Source: an uncultured Bdellovibrio sp. (GTDB taxonomy: Bacteria > Bdellovibrionota > UBA1018). From it: a DNA stretch of 64,000 nt. The position numbers were made by a program, and so were the translations under genes. This document shows positions 1 through 6,873 of the stretch, piece after piece. Below the pieces are notes generated by a model. The model had not been told where the DNA came from. It saw only the letters and a list, made by a program, of their open reading frames with translations, and ran no database searches. How positions within the stretch are numbered: the stretch's first letter is position 1; every line of letters begins with the position of its first letter. The stretch lies in contig CAZBEI010000116.1 in NCBI GenBank assembly GCA_964490895.1, positions 14,639-78,638 of the forward strand, in the 5' to 3' direction.

Positions 1-1
1 A

Positions 2-700
2 CCAAAAGAAAAGCCAATAAGTCTTGTTGAAAAAATCCAAACCGATCAAAACTACAGCACCGTTTTAGTACAAAAATTCGAATCTCAACTCATCAAAAAG
101 CAAGATGTGGAGATCTCCGTGTACCTTAAAACCCTCACCGAGACCCTCGCGCAGGCCACCCCCCTAAAAAATGCACCCATCGGGGTCATTACGGTTTCGG
201 ATCCTGAAAACAAGTGGAGAACTTATGCCCTCCCCGAAGCCCGCATTTACCTCCCCATCGAACTCCTCAAAAACCTCAACTCAGAAAGCGAACTGGCTGC
301 GACCCTGGCTTTCGAGCTTGCAAAACTTAATCAAAACCTTGTGTTTAAACAAATTGAAAATCAATTTCCACTCAGTGACCCCAGCGAAATCGAAGACCAA
401 TTGCACTCGCTTGAGTTTTTTACACCCCGCGGAATTTTCGCATTCAAAGAAGAAGATTTGTTCTTATCTGTCGTACAAGCTGTGGACATTTTGTACCGTT
501 CCAGATTCGACCCCAGGGGGCTTCTGGCTCTGTGGAATAAATTTATCAAAAATCCAAAATATTCTCCACTGGATTCTAGCACTCTCCAAAAACTTCTCGA
601 AAAAACTTATACCCTTTTGGCGATCTACACTCCTCTCCGAAATCCCATCATTCGCTCCAACCGATTTATCGACATCCAATCAAGGATCAAAAACTTATGA
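2..700 (+). CDS. 3' part of a gene truncated by the window edge; M48 (BepA/HtpX)-like peptidase domain whose HExxH zinc motif is replaced (LAATLAFELAKL), so probably a catalytically inactive pseudo-peptidase
   Basis: Reading frame open from nt 2 to the stop at 698-700; the listed ORF starts at an internal GTG at 107. The segment YALPEARIYLPIELLKNLNSESELAATLAFELAKL follows the M48 active-site consensus (..ALPGG.I.v..gLl..l.n..ELaaVlAHElgH) but both His are absent. Confidence 0.45.
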   Translation, partial: PKEKPISLVEKIQTDQNYSTVLVQKFESQLIKKQDVEISVYLKTLTETLAQATPLKNAPIGVITVSDPENKWRTYALPEARIYLPIELLKNLNSESELAATLAFELAKLNQNLVFKQIENQFPLSDPSEIEDQLHSLEFFTPRGIFAFKEEDLFLSVVQAVDILYRSRFDPRGLLALWNKFIKNPKYSPLDSSTLQKLLEKTYTLLAIYTPLRNPIIRSNRFIDIQSRIKNL

Positions 701-1716
701 AAGACCTCTTGCAAGAAATCAAAAATTTCAAAACATCAACTCTCATCCAAAGCATGCGACCCTTGCCCGGTGACGCCAGCACTAGAAAATATTTCCGAAT
801 TACCCTGCACAACAAAAAAAGTTTTGTCCTGATGAAAACGGATTCCTTCGAAGAAAAAAAATCAGATCTTCCATTTTTAGTGGTCCAAAATCACCTTGAA
901 ACCGCAGGTGTCGTGGTGCCCAAAGTTTATGACTATGACCCCAAACAAGGATTTATTTTATTGGAGGACTTGGGAGATACAACTTTGTTAAAAAAACTTC
1001 AATCCATCTCTCACACAGAACAAGAACGCCACCTCTACGAAAAAGCAATCGACGCCTTGGTAGACCTGCAAGTATTTGCTTCCCCTGCGAATAAGCCCGC
1101 TGTCATTGAACCTTACAAACTGCGCTTTGATGTAGAAAAGCTGATGTGGGAAGTACATTTCACCATTGAACATTTTTATAAATATTATTTAAAAAAAGAA
1201 ATCAAAGGGGGTGACCTCAAAACAATGCTCAGCGGTTTTTCTGAAATCTCCGAAATTCTCGAAGCACAGCCCGTTGTACTCACCCACCGGGACTATCACA
1301 GCAGAAACATCATGGTTGTGCCACACAGAAAAAAAATAGAACGCCTGGTCTTGATTGATTTTCAAGACGCGCGGCTTGGACCCAAACACTATGACTTAGC
1401 TTCACTCTTGAGAGATAGTTATTATCAATTGGACGACATTCAAGTGGATCGTCTGATTGATTATTACATTGCCAAATGGGAAGCTAAAATGGGCGATAAA
1501 ATGAACCGGAAAGAATTTCGGCGTATTTTTGACCTGATGGCTGTGCAGAGAAGTTTCAAAGCGATTGGGAGTTTTGCCTCTTTTTATCACTTAAGAGGCA
1601 ATCCTCTGTACCTTAAATACATTGGAACGAGTTTTGAAAATATTCGACGATCGCTTCAAAAATACGCCAAATACCATCCCCTAAAAGAGGTGCTTTTTCA
1701 TTACTACAATTTCTAA
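697..1716 (+). CDS. amgK: Aminoglycoside-phosphotransferase-fold kinase, likely anomeric MurNAc/GlcNAc kinase (AmgK-like)
   Basis: N-terminal GDASTRKYFR motif and catalytic loop LTHRDYHSRNIMV (HxDxxxxN) with downstream IDFQDA. Directly followed by a sugar-1-P nucleotidyltransferase gene, as in the AmgK-MurU peptidoglycan recycling pair. Confidence 0.55.
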   Translation: MKDLLQEIKNFKTSTLIQSMRPLPGDASTRKYFRITLHNKKSFVLMKTDSFEEKKSDLPFLVVQNHLETAGVVVPKVYDYDPKQGFILLEDLGDTTLLKKLQSISHTEQERHLYEKAIDALVDLQVFASPANKPAVIEPYKLRFDVEKLMWEVHFTIEHFYKYYLKKEIKGGDLKTMLSGFSEISEILEAQPVVLTHRDYHSRNIMVVPHRKKIERLVLIDFQDARLGPKHYDLASLLRDSYYQLDDIQVDRLIDYYIAKWEAKMGDKMNRKEFRRIFDLMAVQRSFKAIGSFASFYHLRGNPLYLKYIGTSFENIRRSLQKYAKYHPLKEVLFHYYNF

Positions 1717-2527
1717 CGCTCTTATTTTAGCCGCTGGCTTAGGCACCCGGCTCAAACCTTTTACAGAGACCACCCCAAAAGCTTTGCTCCCTCTCATGGG
1801 CATCCCCATGCTTCAGTTTGCCATTGATTTGCTGAGAGAGGCGGGGGTAAAAAAAATCGTAGCCAACATCCACCATTTGCCCAAACAAATGCGAGAAGGA
1901 TTTGAGAAACTTGACCTTCGCGGTGTCTCACTCCAGATCAGCGACGAAAGTGGACATCTGTTAGGAGGTGCTGGTGGAATTAAAAAAGCTGCCGCTCAGT
2001 TTGACAGAAATGAACCTTTCTTTCTCATGAATACTGAACCGCTCTGTGCTATCGATCTAAAAGCTTTAGCGGATTGGCATTTTAAAATGGGAAAACTTCT
2101 CACTCTGGCCATTTTGCCAAAAAGCGAAGAAGACAGTGAAGAAACCTATACAGAGATCGCTATTGACTATAAAACCTATCAAATCACTGGCCTTGGTCCA
2201 AAAACCAGGGAGCAGCCCTTTTACAGCGGCATCGCAGTGATGGATCCTAAGGTTTTAGATAAAATACCAGAAGACGTTCCCTCTCATATTGTCCAAGAAA
2301 TTTTCACCCCAATGATCGCCGCCCGTCAGGCCGGGGCCTATCTGTACGATAAATTTTTTGTCAATATAGGTACTCCACGAGATTGGCAGAAAGCCCATTT
2401 TGCTTTGGTGGAGGCCATGGAGAAAGGCACTCTCCCCAAAGTTTGGGCTGAGAGAATAAATAGCGTTTCAGAAAAATTAGCCCCCGGCGTTTGGATAAGA
2501 AAAGGCTGTGCTTGCGAGAGCCCTTAG
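1715..2527 (+). CDS. murU: Sugar-1-phosphate nucleotidyltransferase, MurU-like (N-acetylmuramate-1-P uridylyltransferase candidate); start codon uncertain
   Basis: The conserved N-terminal signature ALILAAGLGTRLKPFTETTPKALLPLMG is encoded at 1718-1801, upstream of the first ATG (1784) and immediately after the amgK-like stop (1714-1716). There is no ATG/GTG/TTG in that stretch, so the start is a rare codon (e.g. ATT 1724) or there is a sequence error. Confidence 0.5.
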   Translation, partial: NALILAAGLGTRLKPFTETTPKALLPLMGIPMLQFAIDLLREAGVKKIVANIHHLPKQMREGFEKLDLRGVSLQISDESGHLLGGAGGIKKAAAQFDRNEPFFLMNTEPLCAIDLKALADWHFKMGKLLTLAILPKSEEDSEETYTEIAIDYKTYQITGLGPKTREQPFYSGIAVMDPKVLDKIPEDVPSHIVQEIFTPMIAARQAGAYLYDKFFVNIGTPRDWQKAHFALVEAMEKGTLPKVWAERINSVSEKLAPGVWIRKGCACESP

Positions 2528-3567
2528 TCTCTCCTGCCTCTAAAATCTTGCGCTTTGTGGCTTGTCAGTTCGCGTGGTTCAAACTCTAACCCGCCGAGCG
2601 CTTCATAGGCAATGCTACTTTGTCCCTTTGGAGATATAATAGTGGGATAGGTGGTATTTACGTCTGTTAAAATAAGACGTTTCTTAGTTCCTTCGGCCAC
2701 AAACCAACTCCAGTCATTCTCAGAACGATTCGAAAGCTGAATGCCAACCATTTGAGTCACACACTCGATACAATATTTTTTTGTCAATTGCCCCCCATTG
2801 ATTTTGCAGGTTCCATCTGGCAAAAACTCTATTTCTTTAGTGAAAAAAAGATTGTACGTCTCGTCTATTTGTGTTTCTTCGCCTTTTTCGCCAAAACGTA
2901 TTCCTGTACATTTGAATTCTATGGAGTCACGAAATGACCCGTGAGCATAGTTCACCTCTGCAGGCGAAATCTTTTTTTTATTATACACTTTTTTTCCATC
3001 AGGCGAAGTTTTCACCGTTGTTTTTTCTACCTCTCCTAAAAGTCGCTGAAAACTATACACTGGCCCAATGAGTGATTTATTTTTTCTGTTTTGATTAGCA
3101 GCCAGCAATTGCTCCAAATCTTTTTCTGATATTTTTCTTAGCTGGACTGGGCTTGGTACTGAGTGGGCGCCATATTGACCTGATCTATTTTGCTTATATT
3201 TGCTGGTTGTGAGCGTTGCCCTATCGCCGTTGGGCGAAATCTCAATGAGCCATCCCATGTCATAAGTATAATCTATTTTGCCATCTGCATTTTTTTGCTG
3301 GTGAACCTTTACTACGGTTGTAGACTCTTCTCTGTCTATTTTTGGGTTTGTGCGATAAATCTGCACTGCCTTGAGATCTCCCTTTTTGTCTTTTGTAATT
3401 TTAAAGAACTTTGAGGGGGGGTTGTTTGGATTGTCTGCCGCTTCTGGATTTTCATAAATCCAATAGCTTTTATCTTCTGCAAAGGAGATTTTCAGGTTTG
3501 TGTATATAGCGACAAAACAGGCTAGCACCACCAACATCGGCCACTTATTATATTTTTTAATATTCAT
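2524..3567 (-). CDS. Secreted/membrane-anchored hypothetical protein
   Basis: 347-aa ORF with N-terminal hydrophobic signal/anchor (KWPMLVVLACFVAIYTNL); no recognisable catalytic motif. Confidence 0.4.
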   Translation of the reverse strand: MNIKKYNKWPMLVVLACFVAIYTNLKISFAEDKSYWIYENPEAADNPNNPPSKFFKITKDKKGDLKAVQIYRTNPKIDREESTTVVKVHQQKNADGKIDYTYDMGWLIEISPNGDRATLTTSKYKQNRSGQYGAHSVPSPVQLRKISEKDLEQLLAANQNRKNKSLIGPVYSFQRLLGEVEKTTVKTSPDGKKVYNKKKISPAEVNYAHGSFRDSIEFKCTGIRFGEKGEETQIDETYNLFFTKEIEFLPDGTCKINGGQLTKKYCIECVTQMVGIQLSNRSENDWSWFVAEGTKKRLILTDVNTTYPTIISPKGQSSIAYEALGGLEFEPRELTSHKAQDFRGRRD

Positions 3568-3911
3568 TGTCTTTTACCTCTATATTTTATTTAACAGCCA
3601 TACAAATAAAAGGAAGCAAGTCTTGTGCCAATTTTTTAAAACCTCGCCCACAAAAAAGTTATTGCTTTAAATTGTGCAATTTCAATAAGCTATAGAGTTT
3701 GGTTTTCTCAAATGTGTTTGAGATCGTTTCTCGGATTCCATGTGAGTGACTAAAAAGTAGACAGTATTTTAGCTGAACACATAAAAAACGTTGTTTTTAG
3801 CGAAGAATTTGAGGTTTTTTGATTTATGTTATCTTTCTAATCTTGTGTCAAAATCTTGTGCAATTTTGTTTTTTAAAATTTCTCTATATTATTTTTAGGA
3901 TTTTTAGGTAA

Positions 3912-4133
3912 TTGATTGAGCGGAAAGCATCGACTTCAGGTGGAACATGCTTTCAGTGTTCTCGAACAAGACCCCAGACTGCCATCATTCCATTTGAGGA
4001 ATACGAATCTATGCTGGAAACTCTAGACATTCTTGAAACTGAGCCCGGCATTGTAAAAAAACTCAAAAAAGCACAAGAAGAAATAAAAGCCGGTGATTTT
4101 GTAAAATGGAATAAGGTTAAACGAAAGTCCTAA
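3912..4133 (+). CDS. Phd/YefM-family antitoxin-like ORF, probably 5'-degraded and orphan
   Basis: C-terminal AIIPFEEYESMLETLDILETEPGIVKKLKKAQEEIKAGDFVKW resembles the YefM/Phd core (..AVLIS.EEYESLqETLEll). The N-terminal 23 aa do not fit the family. Downstream is a strong AAGGAG (4154-4159) followed by a 3-codon stub ATG GGA TTG TAA (4171-4182), which looks like the relic of a deleted toxin gene. Confidence 0.35.
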   Translation: MIERKASTSGGTCFQCSRTRPQTAIIPFEEYESMLETLDILETEPGIVKKLKKAQEEIKAGDFVKWNKVKRKS

Positions 4134-4196
4134 CGCTGAGGCCAAATCAAAATAAGGAGTGTTCGAAATCATGGGATTGTAACTGGAGACCCAAGC

Positions 4197-5069
4197 CTAC
4201 CGCGCCCCTCCCGTACGCAAAAGATCCTTCACAACACTGTACATCACCACGGGGAGGACTTCTAAATCGTCTACCTCACGCAGGGCTCCATGCCCTTTGG
4301 AGGCCAACTCCCTACAAAGCGCGAGGGAAGCTTTTTCCTTTCCCATTTTTAAAACTACCAAGTGTGGAAACCGAGGCGCTAAATACGCAGGATCTCGACC
4401 TGCTGTGTATTTTCCATCTGTCAAAAGTACCGTGGAGGGGGGTCTGCCTTTTCCTCTTTCTAAGAGTGCGTCGACTAAAGCAAGCGAAGTTTTTAGCCCC
4501 TCCTCTAAGTGTGTGTAACCTTGGGCTGGAACATCTAAAAAGCGCTCTACCAATTGTTCAATCGAAATTTTTTCGTCAGGACGTTTCAGGAGAGCTGCTT
4601 CGTTTTCAAAAGCCACAATCCCGATGGGATCCTCTGGAAATTGCAACAACACAACAGCCAGAGCCACAGCAGTCAGCGCGAGTTTTTCTCCCGTCATCGA
4701 CAAGCTTGTATCCACCGTGAGGATCACACCTTGTTTCCGGTGGAGCTGATAGTTCATCCAAATCATTTCAGGGGACGAAAGAAGTGGGTCGTTTTCGAGG
4801 GTCTCCTCTAAATCAAGTTCGGGTTCCATGGCATTTTCTGGAAGTTCGTTCCAAGGCGAAATATTTTGGACTACGGGATGGGTGACGGACCCTAAAATAT
4901 TTTGGGCTTGCTCTAAAACAGCCTGGGCAGAAATTTTTCTAAGATTTTTCGCGATTTTTTTAAACTGTGCCTTTGCTTTAAACTCGTGATATCGCGTCGC
5001 TACATCCCACCCCGACAGAGAAGAAATGTCTAAATCTCCATCCGAAATTTCCGCAGCTTCGGGGGGCAA
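4197..5069 (-). CDS. von Willebrand factor A (VWA) domain protein, partner of the upstream MoxR-type ATPase
   Basis: MIDAS-like motif ILTVDTSLSMTGEKL (DxSxS). 290 aa. Lies immediately downstream of the AAA+ ATPase on the same strand. Confidence 0.65.
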   Translation of the reverse strand: MPPEAAEISDGDLDISSLSGWDVATRYHEFKAKAQFKKIAKNLRKISAQAVLEQAQNILGSVTHPVVQNISPWNELPENAMEPELDLEETLENDPLLSSPEMIWMNYQLHRKQGVILTVDTSLSMTGEKLALTAVALAVVLLQFPEDPIGIVAFENEAALLKRPDEKISIEQLVERFLDVPAQGYTHLEEGLKTSLALVDALLERGKGRPPSTVLLTDGKYTAGRDPAYLAPRFPHLVVLKMGKEKASLALCRELASKGHGALREVDDLEVLPVVMYSVVKDLLRTGGAR

Positions 5070-5119
5070 GAAAAAGGGCTTGTCAAAAACAAGAAGGGGA
5101 GGGACCTTATCTGCCGGAA

Positions 5120-6061
5120 CTAAAGTTTTTTTTTTAAAATCTGATCAATCCACCCTTTGATTAGAACCGCTGTTTCTTCTTGTGTTGAGAGACCGGACTC
5201 CGCATTTCTTTCCATTTCGATCCGTGTGGGAAGGCTTAAAAGAGCTGCTTGGACAAAGGCTTGTTCAAATTTTTTCCCATGCTTTAGAAACACTGCACAC
5301 AGTTGACTGATGCTGAGCGCTGCCCTGACCGAAGCACCTCTCCTCACTTGGGGATGTTGCCGTGTGAGCCGGCAAAGTTGCACTGAAGCTTGTACCAAAA
5401 GAGTTTCCATTTGCTTTTCTAAATCTGTTTTACCCAAGCGAGTTTTTAGAATTTCAATTTCCTCTCCTTCGCTCTGATAATCAATGACCACGAGTTCAAA
5501 TCGGTCTAAAATCGCTTCGCTGAGATGAGAGGTCGCAACAAATTCTTTTGGATTTTGAGTGGCGAGTACTAAAAAACCTAACTTTGCTCTTATTTCTCCG
5601 AGGCGAGGTACCATTATAACTTGCTCGTCGATGGCAGGGAGTAAAATATTCTGAACTCCCTCCGGCAATCGGTTGAGCTCATTGATAAATAAAATCCCAC
5701 CACTCTGCATGGCCTCTACCAATGGCCCTGCAAAAAAAGAGTCCTTCGAAAATCCTTTTTTAATCACACTGGGAGGATCAAACCAACCCGTCAGCTTTTG
5801 TTCTGAGTATCGACTGTCTCCGTCCACACGAAAAACTGGGACACTGAACTCGCAAGTCGCTGCTAAAGCTAAATGCGTTTTGCCCACTCCCACGGGTCCT
5901 TCCAAAAGAACATTTTTCTTAGCCTCGATGCATGCACGCAGCATTTCTAATTCTTTTTGTCTTCCTATACACTTGGCTATACCTGTGGCTATAGACTTGG
6001 CTATACCCTTGGCTTCGCTACGCAGCTTATTTTTTTCTGCTAACACTTTTTTTGCCCTCAC
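5120..6061 (-). CDS. MoxR/CbbQ-like AAA+ ATPase
   Basis: Walker A LLEGPVGVGKTHLA and Walker B-like LFINELNRLP. 313 aa, typical MoxR size. Its start overlaps the kamE stop by 4 nt (6058-6061). Confidence 0.65.
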   Translation of the reverse strand: MRAKKVLAEKNKLRSEAKGIAKSIATGIAKCIGRQKELEMLRACIEAKKNVLLEGPVGVGKTHLALAATCEFSVPVFRVDGDSRYSEQKLTGWFDPPSVIKKGFSKDSFFAGPLVEAMQSGGILFINELNRLPEGVQNILLPAIDEQVIMVPRLGEIRAKLGFLVLATQNPKEFVATSHLSEAILDRFELVVIDYQSEGEEIEILKTRLGKTDLEKQMETLLVQASVQLCRLTRQHPQVRRGASVRAALSISQLCAVFLKHGKKFEQAFVQAALLSLPTRIEMERNAESGLSTQEETAVLIKGWIDQILKKKL

Positions 6062-6831
6062 TTAGGTTTTGTCTTTATATTTTTTCTACGGATAAATTCT
6101 TCCACAATAAAACTGGCGACCTCAGATGGCTTTGTTCCTACCCCAAATCCTGCGTCAAAGCCACACTCGAGCGCCATGGGGTGAGTCACTCTAGGACCCC
6201 CTGCTACAAAAATGAGTTTGTCTCCTAAACCTGCTTTTTTTGCTTGGTCAGTAAGCTCTTTCATGTCTTTGATATGAATATTGTGCTGAGAAACCACTTT
6301 GGAAACTAAAACAGCATCTGCTTTTAACGCAGAGGCTGTTTTGAGAAGTTCCTGATTTAAAACCTGGGCCCCAAGATTTTTAGCTTCCAGCCACTCGTAC
6401 CGCTCCAGCCCATAATCTCCAGCAAAGCCTTTCATATTAAAAATCGCGTCAATACCTACCGTATGGGCATCATAGCCAGTACACGCACCTAAGACAACGA
6501 GTTTTCGTCCGATTTGAGTTTTTATCAATTCGTCTATCTCATCGCGTGAGCGTTTTTGTGCGGCGATTTTAAGAACTTTAACCTTCGTAAAGTCTAAAGA
6601 GTGTTTTGTGTTTCCATAGACCACAAAAAGAGAAAATCCATTGGCTGCTTTTTCCATCGTAGCAATTTTAACTGACTCAAACCCCATTTTGTGGACCAGT
6701 TGCGAAGCGGCTTCTCTGGCTTCGGGGGAGGGTTCTACGGGGAAAGTAAAGCAGAGCTGAACAGTACCATCCCCCATGATGTCTCCGTAAGGCTTTAATT
6801 TTTTTAAATCGGGTTTGGTTTCTGCTCTCAT
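6058..6831 (-). CDS. kamE: Lysine 5,6-aminomutase beta subunit (B12-binding, KamE)
   Basis: Cobalamin-binding signature GACTGYDAHTVGIDAIFNMKGFAGDYGLERYE with N-terminal KPYGDIMGDGTVQLCFTFP. This follows the Clostridium sticklandii KamE sequence closely over its whole length. Confidence 0.8.
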   Translation of the reverse strand: MRAETKPDLKKLKPYGDIMGDGTVQLCFTFPVEPSPEAREAASQLVHKMGFESVKIATMEKAANGFSLFVVYGNTKHSLDFTKVKVLKIAAQKRSRDEIDELIKTQIGRKLVVLGACTGYDAHTVGIDAIFNMKGFAGDYGLERYEWLEAKNLGAQVLNQELLKTASALKADAVLVSKVVSQHNIHIKDMKELTDQAKKAGLGDKLIFVAGGPRVTHPMALECGFDAGFGVGTKPSEVASFIVEEFIRRKNIKTKPK

Positions 6832-6873
6832 TAAGAATGAGAATTTCTCTCAAAATATGGAATAAATCAAATT

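Noticed and set aside
107-700. Treating the listed 197-aa ORF as a complete gene starting at 107
   Set aside because: The frame is open back to nt 2, and the listed start is an internal GTG. The gene is truncated by the window edge.
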